A DNA stretch of 64,000 bases, taken from assembly GCA_963845755.1 (NCBI GenBank), contig CAWJTV010000034.1, positions 64,001 through 128,000 of the forward strand, written 5' to 3'. Position numbers and translations under genes: made by a program. The notes under the pieces are model-generated. The model made no database searches. It had not been told where the DNA came from and saw only the letters and a list, made by a program, of their open reading frames with translations. Positions 27,414-38,377 of this stretch are shown in pieces. Every line of letters begins with the position of its first letter. Position 1 is the stretch's first letter. The stretch is from an uncultured Planctomycetota bacterium. GTDB taxonomy: Bacteria > Planctomycetota > Planctomycetia > Isosphaerales > Isosphaeraceae.

Positions 27414-28077
27414 TCAGTCATTATCCACGTTGAAGACGTCCTGAACCGGGAGTTGGAAGCCGGGCAGCACGGCGGCGCCATCGAGGACATCGCCGATCCG
27501 CTTGATCACCGACTCCTTGGGCGCAGTGTGGACGCGGACCGTCTGAGTCTTCGGATCCACGACCCAAACCAGCCGCGTGCCTGCGGCGAAGTATTCATCC
27601 AGTTTCCGGGCGATCTCGAGCTTGATGTTCTTCCGACTGATGACCTCGACGGCCAGATCGGCTGCCAGCGAGGGAACGCGCTGGTTCCGATGAGTCTGTC
27701 GCGAGAGCTTCCCACGAGACGTCCGGGATACGGACCAGCCCGCGAACGAGCCGTAACATACCATCGGAACCCAGCACCGTGCCGAGCTTGCGAGTCTGGA
27801 CGAATTTGACCAGGGCGTGGGAGATCAAGACCGCGATCGCTGATTCTTCCCACCCCACGGGTTTCTCCACCAGAGTTCCGTTGACCAGCTCGCCGATCGC
27901 GGTCCGAAACCGGCTCTCGTTGTTGAGGATCAGGTCGTTCTCGGTGGCAGTGCCCGGCGGAGGCTGGAGTCGAACGCGATCAGCCGGTACGTTCCCCAGT
28001 CGGCGGAGGAGGTCGGCCAGAGTTTCCGGCCCGATCTTCGCCGATAGCGGCTTACGACGTGCCGTGGCGGTAGCCAT
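27414..28077 (-). CDS. Uma2 family endonuclease (frameshifted or partly deleted near 27710)
   Basis: ELVNGTLVEKP, VRIPDVS, DLAVEVIS, YFAAGTRLVWVVDP, VLPGFQLPV. Confidence 0.85.
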
Positions 28078-28306
28078 GTCGAAAGACCTCGCCTTGCCGG
28101 GAGAGGTGGGAGTATAGATGTCGAAGGTCGCGGAAGATCCGATCCTGGGCAAGCGGCGGCCCCATCAGGTTGTCGAGCCGCCGCTCGGTTCTTGGTCGCG
28201 ATTCTCTTCTCAACGATCGAGTGGTCACCAATCTCGATGTCGAGGAATATTGCCAGGATGGCACGGTTCGATCCTGATGCGCTTTCCGCGACTTGGCGAT
28301 CCTGTC

Positions 28307-29986
28307 TCACAGCATCGGCAAGTCGAGCTTCTCCTCGCTGGCGATCTTGCGGAGCTTGTCCTGGGCGCGGGACTCGATCTGGCGGACGCGCTCCTTGGTG
28401 ATGCCCAGCTCGCGGCCGAGCTGCTCGAGGGTCTGCTCGCTGGCGCCGCCCAGGCCGAAGCGGCTGGTGATGATCTTCCGCTCGCGCTCGTCGAGCCGGC
28501 CGAGCATCCCCTTGACGGCCTCCTGCATCCGCTTGAGGGCGCTCTCGTATTCGTGCTCGTCGGTCCGGTTGTCGGCGGCAGCCTCGAACATCTCTTCATG
28601 GCCGGTGACGAACCGATCGCGCCGATAGTTCTCCTCGGGGATCGTCCGGGCGAAGTTCTTCATGATCGCCCAGGAGGCATAGGTGCTGAACTTGTTGCCG
28701 CGAGAGAAGTCGAACTTCTCGACGGCGCGGATCAGCGACATGTTGCCGTCGGAGACCAGCTCGAAGAAATTGTTCGACGGTCCGACGTGGCGCTTGGCGA
28801 TCGAGACGACCAGTCGGAGGTTGGCACGGATGATCTGGTTCTTGACGGCCAGAGCCTCTTCCTGGAGTCGCTCGATCTCGTCCAGTTCCGAGGTCCGGGC
28901 GCGGGCCGGATCGACCTTGAGCCGGATCTGGTGAGCCTGGTACTTGAGGTAATTCATCTTGCGGAACAGGTGCATCTCCTGTTCCCGGTCCAGGAGCGGG
29001 ACCTCGTAGAGGCTGGCCAGATACGGCGGCAACCCCTTGGGGGCCTTGGGCCGTCGGGGCGCCTTGCCGTCGGCCGGCTCGGGCATGGCCGCAAGAATCA
29101 CGGACGCGCTGGCCGGATCGCTGAAACTCGAGTTGTCGATGAATTCCAGCTTGGTCCCGAGGATCCGCAGGGCACGCATCTCGTTGAGGACCCGGTACAC
29201 GCTGGAGCGCGTCCGGCCGTACTGCCGGGCCAGGACCTCGGCCGAGACCCCCATACGAAAACGCCGGTAGATCTGCGCCTTGGCGTCCTCGTCCAGCGAT
29301 GGCACCGCGGAAGGAAAGATCGCCCGGTCGGGGTGATCGCGGTCGTAGGCTTTCAGCGTCAGTCGAACTGTTTCTGTTGAGCGTGACATCTTGCGTGCAA
29401 TCCTCCGCGCGATCTCGACCAGACCGGACTGGCCTGGACGGACGAGCGCCATGCGACGGGCGCGACGAATAATCTCGTCTCGCTCCACCTCGGTCAGTTG
29501 CCGAAACCGTGAGCCCCGTTCGACCTGCGTGCGATGGGCCGTGACGAACCGCTGCAGGCTCGACTCGAGGAACCCGACCTTGGTACGGCCGTCGATCACA
29601 AATCGGCGAGCCACCAACCCCTGACGGCGCCATCGCGTCACCGTGCGTGCTGACACGTTGAACCGCCGACTTACCTCATCGACTGTCAAAACGGGTTCGG
29701 CCACGTGTTCAACCGCCTGGCGAGCCGTCGCCGAGACATCCTCGACGAACAGCCGCAGATCGTGCTGAACGTCGCCCCCATCCAGGAGCAGCGCAGGCCA
29801 GCCTTCGGGGCGAAATCCCGTGATCCGGAAACACAGATACTCATAGGGATAACACCGGGCATCCTCGATCTCATTCAGAAGTTGCTCAGCTCGATCGATC
29901 TGTTCCAGACGCCGCTCTTTGGCGGCGTAGCGCGTCTGCTGGTCCTTCAATTGTTTCATCGCGGGATGGCGGTACATCTTGCCCAT
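28307..29986 (-). CDS. Sigma-70 family factor with long N-terminal HTH-containing extension
   Basis: Region 2 (ANLRLVVSIAK, KFSTYASWAI), region 4 (TLEQLGRELGITKERVRQIE), N-terminal MerR-like HTH (LTVDEVSRRFNVSARTVTRWRRQGL). Confidence 0.9.
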   Translation of the reverse strand: MGKMYRHPAMKQLKDQQTRYAAKERRLEQIDRAEQLLNEIEDARCYPYEYLCFRITGFRPEGWPALLLDGGDVQHDLRLFVEDVSATARQAVEHVAEPVLTVDEVSRRFNVSARTVTRWRRQGLVARRFVIDGRTKVGFLESSLQRFVTAHRTQVERGSRFRQLTEVERDEIIRRARRMALVRPGQSGLVEIARRIARKMSRSTETVRLTLKAYDRDHPDRAIFPSAVPSLDEDAKAQIYRRFRMGVSAEVLARQYGRTRSSVYRVLNEMRALRILGTKLEFIDNSSFSDPASASVILAAMPEPADGKAPRRPKAPKGLPPYLASLYEVPLLDREQEMHLFRKMNYLKYQAHQIRLKVDPARARTSELDEIERLQEEALAVKNQIIRANLRLVVSIAKRHVGPSNNFFELVSDGNMSLIRAVEKFDFSRGNKFSTYASWAIMKNFARTIPEENYRRDRFVTGHEEMFEAAADNRTDEHEYESALKRMQEAVKGMLGRLDERERKIITSRFGLGGASEQTLEQLGRELGITKERVRQIESRAQDKLRKIASEEKLDLPML

Positions 29987-30986
29987 CCTGGAGCTCCCTT
30001 GCAGGCTTGCGAGCTCGCAGCTTCCAGATTGTTCAATTTGCCACGATTGTGATGCCGATCACTCACCCATTCCTACAATCACATTGCGTCCTCCCAGGAC
30101 GACGAAATCGTTGACTACACCCCCCGTTTCGCGGGCTTTTCTGACACGCCTACTTTCAGCCATTCGCTCCGCCATCTTGTTTTCTTCGCGACGATTTCGC
30201 CGATAACCCCGTTACACTCTGGCTCGGAACCCACGAAAACGCCTCCTCTTCTCCCAAAGCGCCCACCATACTACGTTCTAAGTCATTCGTTGGATCGCCC
30301 ATCCTGGTGACATCGGGACGACCCCTACTTCCATAAAGAGGCGCCCCGGGTCGTTCAGGTTCTTCTCAATATCAAGGACGACCGTTCGACATCTGAGCGT
30401 CACGTTGATGTTTGAAGAGGCATCCGCAAAAGTTGTACCCGCGCTTCCGCATTTCCCGGGCTCGCTGATCCATCCACCGGCGTTACCCTTTCTTGCCGCA
30501 CTTCCGCATCGAACACCTGTTTTAAACAGACGTTTGAATCATCCATTTGGTTCGATCTTTTCCCTACTAATTATGGGACACCGGAACTGGTACGACTGTC
30601 TTGCAGAGCAGTTCCGTCGCTGGAGAATCGAGTCAGTACTCGCGTTATTCCTTGATGGAGTTGAATTTACAGCAATTTCGCTCCGTCGCTCATACGTTGG
30701 CGACGCAATCCAGTTTTTTTTCAGACGAGCGAGTCGGAACCGAACCCGCGAAGTGTTGAAGCAACTCCACGATACCACTTTGGATGATCGCATTCAACCA
30801 GGGAGAATCAGGACTTGTTTCTGGTAAGGCTCCGTCACGGCGGGAAAAGTCCAACATACAGACCGTGATCGTCGGGACGGTACGACATCACCCCAGGCCA
30901 AATTGACGTGCCGGGGAGACTTTACATAATGTGTCAAGCGTACGGCGGCGGCGGTGCCAGCAGGAGGCGGGAGCAAGGAGCAAAGG

Positions 30987-32471
30987 ATGGCCGAGCGGAA
31001 CAGACGGAGTGATGGCGATCTGTCGGTCTGGTGTCACCGGGTGGTGCTGGGATTAGCGGTGATCTTAGTGGTGTCGTGGCCCACTCGGGTGGCCCGGTGC
31101 CAGTCCGAGACGAGCGTATCGCTGCGCGAGATGGTGCGGCGTGGGAGCACATCGCGGGTCCGCATCGAGCTGAAGGCCCAGGGGTTGTACCGGCCGGGCC
31201 TGCCGCCGGGAAAGGTTTCGTCGGAGGCGCGGCTTCCCAAGCCGCGTGCGCTGGATGTTGCGACGCGGCTGATCTTCAGCGAGCGGATTCTCGACTTGGA
31301 GGAGGATGCGGCGAACGGCGCGGAGCAGGACGGAGGCGCGAAGCGAACGGACGGACGGGCGAGTCAAGGGCACGCGACGAAGGTGGTGCGGCATGTGATC
31401 CAGGCGGCTGCGGCCATCAACGGCGAGGTCCGTCCGTTTGCGACGATCCTTCGTCCGGAAGTCGCCCTCCTGGTCGCGGAGCGTCAACAGCAGGACGGGC
31501 CGGTGGTCGTGGTCAGCCCGGCCGGACCATTGACGCGATCCGAACTCGAAGTGGTGCAGGCCATCGGAGATCCGCTGGCGCTGTCCGACATGCTGCCGGG
31601 TCGCACAACGGGGCTCGGGCGGCACTGGCGGGTGGGGCCGTTCGCCGCTCAGGCACTCAGCGGCTACGACGTCATCACGGCCAACGCCCTGGACGCCTCG
31701 CTGGAATCGATCGACCGGACCAGGGCGCGAATCCAGATCCACGGCCGGATCGAAGGCTCGGCCAACGGCGGAAACGGCCTGATCACCTGCGAGGGGACCG
31801 TCACCTTCGATCGCCAGATGGGCTGGATCGACCGGCTCGAGGTGAACCGCGCCGAGACGCGGAGCCCCGGGCCGGTCGAGATGGGCCTGGATGTCAAGAG
31901 CACGCTCACCATGACCCGATCTGCTGATCCGCCACCAGCCACGCTCACCGACGCCGGTCTGGCCCAGCTCAACCTGGAAATCACCCCACGGAGCCAGCGG
32001 TTGCTCCTGCTCGCGCCCGATGGCAAGGCCACGCTGCTCCACGACCGACACTGGTTCAGCTTCTGGGACGACCCCAAGTTGAGTGTCCTGAAACGGGTGG
32101 AGGGCGGGCAGGTGGTGGCCCAATGCAATCTTTCGGTCGGGCCGGCCGCCGGCCAGGGTCGGCACCAGGACCCGACCCAGTTCCGGGACGACGTCCGCCG
32201 CGCCCTCAAAGGTCGGTTCGTGCAGTTCCTGGGCTCGGGCGAGGTCGGCGGCGATCCGGCCGGAGGATTCCGCTACAAGGTCGGCATCCAGGGACACGAA
32301 GGCGACCTGGGCGTCGTCTGGTATTATTACCTCGTCGCCAGCCCCGCGGGGGATCAGCTCGTGGCCATCTTTACCCTCGCCGATCAGTACGCGAAGGCAT
32401 TCGGCGATCAGGACGTCGCGATGCTCGGCACGCTCCGGTGGAACCGGGCGGCCCCGTCCGCAGCCCGTTGA
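30987..32471 (+). CDS. Hypothetical exported protein
   Basis: Long ORF with GC-rich third positions and an N-terminal signal/TM segment; no family recognised. Confidence 0.7.
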   Translation: MAERNRRSDGDLSVWCHRVVLGLAVILVVSWPTRVARCQSETSVSLREMVRRGSTSRVRIELKAQGLYRPGLPPGKVSSEARLPKPRALDVATRLIFSERILDLEEDAANGAEQDGGAKRTDGRASQGHATKVVRHVIQAAAAINGEVRPFATILRPEVALLVAERQQQDGPVVVVSPAGPLTRSELEVVQAIGDPLALSDMLPGRTTGLGRHWRVGPFAAQALSGYDVITANALDASLESIDRTRARIQIHGRIEGSANGGNGLITCEGTVTFDRQMGWIDRLEVNRAETRSPGPVEMGLDVKSTLTMTRSADPPPATLTDAGLAQLNLEITPRSQRLLLLAPDGKATLLHDRHWFSFWDDPKLSVLKRVEGGQVVAQCNLSVGPAAGQGRHQDPTQFRDDVRRALKGRFVQFLGSGEVGGDPAGGFRYKVGIQGHEGDLGVVWYYYLVASPAGDQLVAIFTLADQYAKAFGDQDVAMLGTLRWNRAAPSAAR

Positions 32472-32659
32472 GCCTCGTCCCCGCGCCATGTCCCGGGCTT
32501 GTCCGAAGAATCGTCCTTGCACGAGGTTTTCTGTCGCCCCGGACTTACCATGAGCGGGGTGCGATATGGTTTAATAGATCGGGCGTCTCGAGCATTGAGT
32601 GCCGAAGAGCGCGTGGAATCGAGGTCGGCAAGGAAGCAAAGTTCCGAAGGCGGTGTCGT

Positions 32660-34540
32660 ATGAGCGAGAGCCAAGGCGATAATTTTCGTCGGATGGAGAG
32701 TGAAGGCAGCCGCGGGGGGTCTTGCAGCGAAGGAGAAACACCGCGACGGCATTCCGGCGGTTGCGGCCGCTCATCGATCGGCCTCTTGGCACTCCTGGTC
32801 GTCCTGGGACCAGGCCTGATCCCGCCGTCACAGTCCTGGGGGCAGCAGCCGTCGGATCCGCCTGCGGCGGAGAAGGATGCCGCAACGGAGCCATCGCGAG
32901 ACCTCGTCGAGCCACTGGGCGTGAGGTATCGGTTTCTCGAGGCCTACGGCGTGGTTGAAAACTCCGCCAAGCCTTATCTGATTACCCAGTACCAGGTGGG
33001 CGCCCAAGATGTTTTCAAGATCGAGACAGAGAAGCCGCAGGGCGCGCCCGAACAATCCGGGGGCAGCATCCTCACCATCTATACGGAGGGGGCGGCGGTA
33101 ACCAAGGCGGGAGAAGCGACGGATGTCGTCCGACGATACGACCACGTCCGCATGAAGGGGACACTCCCGTTACCTCTCAACATGGCTCCGCAACTCGAAG
33201 GCTTGAACATCTGGTACCGTCTTCGTAGGGGTGGATTTCCGGAGATCATCAACTTGAATCAGGGCCGGGCGCTTTACGAGCCCGTGCGCAATGAGATCAT
33301 CAACGAGATCTTCCTCCCCTCGCTCTCGCTAATCCTGCCTACGACGCCGAAGCGAGTCGGCGATACATGGGTGATCACACGCCAGGCGGGCCGTGCATTG
33401 CTGGGCATTTCCGTGCCGGAAGACGGCAATTTTCAGCTCGAAGGGACCCTGGTGGAGGTTCGGAAGGCGACGTCGGGGACCACCCTGACCGCGGTGTTCG
33501 AGATCGCCGGCGACCTGGACCTTGCGGAAGGCAAGGGGGCGATCAAAGCCCGGGTCGAGTTTGCGTTCGCGACGCCGCCCGCCACGTCGCCGCCCGCCGC
33601 GACGGCCCCCGCACCGGCGGCTACCGGCAAACGTGCCGCGAGCCGAGCGACCGTCGATGCGCGCGGCCAGATCTCCAAGGTACTGATGGGCCGGGTGCAA
33701 TCGTTCCCCATCGACAAGGATGGCCGACTCAAGCGGAACATCTACCGCGACCTCATCCTGGAGCGGCGGCCGGTCAAGCCACCGGTCGTGGCGTTGACCA
33801 TGCCGAATGAGCCTCCGACCGCGAACGAGGCCAACTCGTGGGTGCTCTACGACGACCCGAAAGGGCGATTTCACCTCCTCCATCCCCAGGAACTCATACC
33901 GAGACCAGGCGACCTTCAGTTCAACAAAAATGGGGTCGATTTTGTGTCTATGGACGTGGCTCACGGCGACGATTGGGTCCGCATCATCTTGCCTCCCCCG
34001 GTTGAAGATCCGGGAGGCAACCAGGAATTCCGCGACCCAGGCGCCATGAAGAGCTGGCTCACCAATTATTTGAAGGAAAATGGCATACCCCAGATGGTCG
34101 GACACTCGGGCTGGCTCGCCGACTCTGAGTGGAAACCCTTGGGGCGCAGGGTTTACCACCATGAGGTCGCGGCGGACAAGGAGGATTCGGAGGGGAATAA
34201 ACTGCGTGTTTACGTGGATGCCTATCTCATCAACTTCGAGCGCAACCTGCGCGTCCGCGTTGACGTCGTGACCCGGCGCGACGACCACGCCCATTTCCGC
34301 AAACAGGCCCTGGACCTAATCCGGAGTCTCACCCCCGGACCGGCCAAGGGCACGGGTGCTCCCCCGAACACCGGCAGAGGATCGGGTCCAGTCCCGGGCC
34401 AGCCCCCCGCCGCGACGGGTGCCGCGCCGGCCGTGAGTCCGGCGCCGGTTCCTGGCGTCGGCGAAACACCGCCGACAGGCGCCGGCTCACCACCTCCAGC
34501 ACGTGTCGAACCGCCGATCCCCCCAGCCTCACCGCGGTGA
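32660..34540 (+). CDS. Hypothetical exported protein with Pro-rich C-terminal tail
   Basis: Long ORF with a signal-like segment; start uncertain. Confidence 0.65.
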   Translation: MSESQGDNFRRMESEGSRGGSCSEGETPRRHSGGCGRSSIGLLALLVVLGPGLIPPSQSWGQQPSDPPAAEKDAATEPSRDLVEPLGVRYRFLEAYGVVENSAKPYLITQYQVGAQDVFKIETEKPQGAPEQSGGSILTIYTEGAAVTKAGEATDVVRRYDHVRMKGTLPLPLNMAPQLEGLNIWYRLRRGGFPEIINLNQGRALYEPVRNEIINEIFLPSLSLILPTTPKRVGDTWVITRQAGRALLGISVPEDGNFQLEGTLVEVRKATSGTTLTAVFEIAGDLDLAEGKGAIKARVEFAFATPPATSPPAATAPAPAATGKRAASRATVDARGQISKVLMGRVQSFPIDKDGRLKRNIYRDLILERRPVKPPVVALTMPNEPPTANEANSWVLYDDPKGRFHLLHPQELIPRPGDLQFNKNGVDFVSMDVAHGDDWVRIILPPPVEDPGGNQEFRDPGAMKSWLTNYLKENGIPQMVGHSGWLADSEWKPLGRRVYHHEVAADKEDSEGNKLRVYVDAYLINFERNLRVRVDVVTRRDDHAHFRKQALDLIRSLTPGPAKGTGAPPNTGRGSGPVPGQPPAATGAAPAVSPAPVPGVGETPPTGAGSPPPARVEPPIPPASPR

Positions 34541-34571
34541 TCGATCGGAGGGACTCTCCCGGCGCCCCGAG

Positions 34572-35597
34572 TCACCGCGTCGCGGCGAGCTCGGCGGCGA
34601 CTTCTCCGGCCAGGCGTGCGTTGGCGACCAGGAGCGCGCAGTTGGCGCGGAGGCTGTGCCCTCCCGTCGCCCGTCGGATCGCATCGAGCAAAAAAGGCGT
34701 CAGCGGCTTGCCCGCGATACCGAGGTGCCGGGCGTCGGCCTCTGCGACATCGAGGGCATTCCGAAGGGCGTCGGGATCCAGGGCATCGGGTTCGGGGACC
34801 GGCTGGGTCAGGACGATCGCGCCAGGCAGCCCCAAACTCCGGTGGACGCGGACCAGTTCGGCCGCCTCTGCGGGGGATTCAACCTGGTGCTCCAGCGGTA
34901 GACCGGCCGATCGCGTCAGGAAGCCAGGCAGCTCGCTGGTGCGATAACCCACGACGAGAACGCCCCGGGTCTCCAGCGACTCGAGGGTCGCCGGCAGATC
35001 CAGGATCGATTTCATCCCGGAGCAAACAACCAGGGCACCGTCAGAACTCGCCAGCTCATCAAGATCGGTGGAGATATCGAAGCTGACGGCCGCGTCGCGG
35101 TGCACGCCGCCCAGACCGCCGGTGGCCATCACGCGGGGTTCCACGGCGAACCGTCGCGCGAGCCAGAGTGTGGCCGAGACCGTGGTCGCCGCGTGCCGCC
35201 CCGCCGCGACGATCGCGGCCAGGTCGCGGCGATTGGCCTTCGCCCACCTTCGTCGCGTGCATTCCGTATCCATCAAGGTTCGCACACTCGCATCTTCTCT
35301 CGCCGCCACTCCTTCCGCGGGTTGCAATTCGTTTCCCATTTCTGTCGCGGCTGAGTGGGCGACTTCGACCAAATCTGGATCGGCCAGGCCGATCCGGACA
35401 ATGCCCTCCAAGACGGCGATTGTTGCCGGCTCTGCCCCCGCCTCGCGTACGGCCGCTTCCATCGCTCGTGCGGTGTCGAGGTTAGCCGGCCAGGGGAGTC
35501 CCTGCGCGATCACCGTTGATTCCAGTGTGACCACCGAACGACCATGAGCCATCGCGTCGAGTATCGCGGATGTCCAAGCGACTCTCTCGCCAATCAT
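34572..35597 (-). CDS. psuG: Pseudouridine-5'-phosphate glycosidase
   Basis: LESTVIAQGLPWP, ATTVSAT, ATGGLGGVHR, DISTDL, GKPLTPFLL. Confidence 0.92.
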   Translation of the reverse strand: MIGERVAWTSAILDAMAHGRSVVTLESTVIAQGLPWPANLDTARAMEAAVREAGAEPATIAVLEGIVRIGLADPDLVEVAHSAATEMGNELQPAEGVAAREDASVRTLMDTECTRRRWAKANRRDLAAIVAAGRHAATTVSATLWLARRFAVEPRVMATGGLGGVHRDAAVSFDISTDLDELASSDGALVVCSGMKSILDLPATLESLETRGVLVVGYRTSELPGFLTRSAGLPLEHQVESPAEAAELVRVHRSLGLPGAIVLTQPVPEPDALDPDALRNALDVAEADARHLGIAGKPLTPFLLDAIRRATGGHSLRANCALLVANARLAGEVAAELAATR

Positions 35598-36414
35598 GGA
35601 TCAATCCTCTTCTCGGTACGGCCAGGACCTGGAATCACTTTTCCCGGACGACGGCCCGGAAACGGCGTAGATTCTTCAAGAATCCTTGGCTCCTGAGCAA
35701 GACGCCTACCCGCGGTCTTACTGAGTCTCATTGCGATCGTGTCTTGAGGGAATTCGCGGGGAACACGGGATATCTCATGGAACAATTCTCGCATGAGGGA
35801 GGAGTGGCTGCAGGGAAGGCCGTGGTTCGACGACCCCGGATGAGCCCTAACTCTCGAAGAGCCCGAAGACTTAAGGTGGCATGGGAGGGCGGCGATACCG
35901 CGCGCTCAGGTAGACTGGCCAGGCCGGTCGATCGAACACCTTCTGGAATTGCTGGCGAGAGTGCATCGCATTCCGCTCGGCTCGTGCCACTCTTCATCGG
36001 ACCGACGAGGAATCACCCGCGCCGGCTTACATGCATAGCAAGGATGAATGCAAGGTGTATGAGTTTGTTGGTCATCGAACCCAGGGGCGGCGACAATCGA
36101 GGGAGCGTTTGCGTATAATAATAAGTTCCCCTACGGTTTTCCGGCCCTACCAAGAATGAGCGGCCGACCGAGATGCAATTTCTTGCATGAATCTTGATTG
36201 TGTGGAGGAATCCTCCTAGTCCTTTCCCTGGGGATTCCGACATCCGCGCTCTAACCACTCGGCACTTGGTTCGTAGAACTTCAGGGGGGATCACCACGTG
36301 CTCTCGGAGAATCCCAGTCCGCTCCTCGGAGAATCGGAGTCGATCGGTACGGAAGACCCGCGACTGTCGGTCCACCGGGCAAGCGACCTCAGATGGAGCC
36401 CTTGGGGCATTTTA

Positions 36415-37739
36415 ATGCGTGTGATACTGGATGTCGTCCAAGGCCCTCTCAAGGGTCGCCAGTTCGTCCTCGACCGCCAGGAGACCTATATAGTTGGTCG
36501 GTCGCGGTTTGTGCAGTGCCCGATGCCGGAGGATCTGGCATTGTCGCGCGACCACTTCATGATCGACGTCAATCCACCCGAGTGCGAGCTGCGCGATCTG
36601 GGGAGCACGAATGGAACGTACATCAACAACAACCGGGTCGCTCAGCGTATGCGTCTGGGGTCCGGCGACACGATCGCCGCGGGCCAGAGCGTCTTTCGGG
36701 TTCGCGTCGAGGTGGCGGGGAATCCTTCGTCCGGTGATGATCTGTCGGAGGCGACCCTGCGCACCCACTCGCTCGAAATCAATCCGATCTGTTGCGCCGG
36801 ATGCGGGACGCAGGCGCCCGGAACCTGACGATCGCCGGCCCGGCCGGTGCGCCGTCAGGTGAGGCGATCGAGTGGTGGTGCACGGCGTGCCGTTCGGAGT
36901 CCGCGAGCCTGCCCCAACCGGTTCCTTACTATACCACGCTGCGCGAACTGGGCCGGGGTGCCATGGGCGTGGTCTACCAGGCCCGGCATAACATGACCGG
37001 CCAGATCGTCGCCCTCAAGTTGATCATGCCCGAGACCGCCACGACCCGCTCGGCGATCGATCGCTTCCAGCGCGAGATGTCCGTCATCAGCCAGCTCCGC
37101 CACCCGAATATCGTCGAATGTTATGAACAGGGAATGACCCGCGGCCAGTTCTGGTTCGCCATGGAGTACGTCGCCGGCACGAACCTCGAAACCCTGGCCA
37201 AGGCGGAGGCTGGGGCCTATCCGGTCGAGCAGGGGTGCCGGCTGGCTTGCCAGATCCTCAAGGGGCTCGAACAAGCCCATCAGCTCGGGTTCGTGCACCG
37301 CGACATCAAGCCCGAGAACATCCTGATCGCCCAGTTGCCCGAAGGCCTGGCGGTCAAGATCTCCGACTTCGGGCTGGCGAAGAGCTTCCGCGGCGTCGGC
37401 CTCTCGGGCCTGACGTTCTCCGGCGAGATGCGCGGCACCATCCCGTTCATGCCCCCGGAACAGATGCTCGACTTCAAGACCGTCACGCCCCTGGCCGACC
37501 TGTATGCCACGGCCGCCACGCTCTATTATCTATTGACTTGCCAGTATATCTACGATGAGCCCGCCGGTGGCGACCTGATTCACATGCTCCTGGAAGAGGC
37601 GCCGATTCCCATCCACGTGCGCCGGCCGGATGTCCCCAAGGCGCTCGACACCGCCATCCAGAAGTGCCTTGCCCGCGACCCCAAGGAGCGCTACCCGGAC
37701 GCCACATCGATGCGCCGGGCCTTGAAGGCGTTCTGTTAG
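36415..37739 (+). CDS. FHA-domain Ser/Thr protein kinase (frameshift near 36820)
   Basis: FHA motifs (VGRS, LSRDH, DLGSTNGT), CxxC...CxxC linker, kinase motifs LGRGAMG, HRDIKPEN, DFGLAK. Confidence 0.9.
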
Positions 37740-37756
37740 GATGCAGTGGTCGGTCG

Positions 37757-38321
37757 TCAGTCTTCCGAAAGAAGACCGCGCACATCTTCGAGTACCGTCT
37801 TGGGCTTCAAGAACTCGAGACTATAGATCTCGCGCTGGTGGCCCTTGGTATCGAGGAGGAAGACACGCGAAGGGTGATCGAGGGCGCCGGTCGGCAGCGT
37901 CTTGACCCACATTCCCCAAGCCGTGATGACGGATCGGACCTGGTCTGGCGGGCCGGTCAGGAAGTGCCAGCCGGCGGGGTCGGCCCGGAAGAGCCCGGCA
38001 TACCGGCCGAGCACTTCGGGCGTGTCGTGCCCGGGGTCGAGGGTGACCGAAACGAACGCGACCGACTTACCCCAGAGCTTCGCCTCCTTGAGCGTGTCCT
38101 GGATGCGTACGATCGCCTGGGTCGTCCCCGGACAAACGCCGGTGCACGTCGTGTAGACAAAGGACACGAGCACGACCTTGCCTTTCACGGAGGCGAGGTC
38201 GAAGGGCTTGCCGAGCGCGTCGACCAGCAGCGTGCCGCGGAGCGGGCCCGATATCGGCCAGCGGGCTTGGGTTGGAATCGGCACCGACGATCATCAAGGC
38301 GAGAAGCAGAGAGATCAACAC
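37757..38321 (-). CDS. SCO family copper chaperone (frameshift near 38235)
   Basis: FVYTTCTGVCP, VTLDPGHDTPEVL, LDHPSRVFLLD; signal peptide in the adjacent frame. Confidence 0.88.
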
Positions 38322-38377
38322 GATTGGCTCCTGGGTCGTCGCGCACTATACCAGCGAGCGAATCACGGTCTTTGTAT

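Noticed and set aside
26393..28077. DUF72 and Uma2 as cargo integrated at the tRNA cluster
   Set aside because: They lie at the 5' side of the tRNAs, with no integrase or tRNA 3'-end duplication; both families are common in such genomes.
30000..30950. ORFs 30405-30827 (+) and 30539-30793 (-) in a lower-GC stretch
   Set aside because: Atypical composition and no family motif; more likely divergent regulatory DNA.
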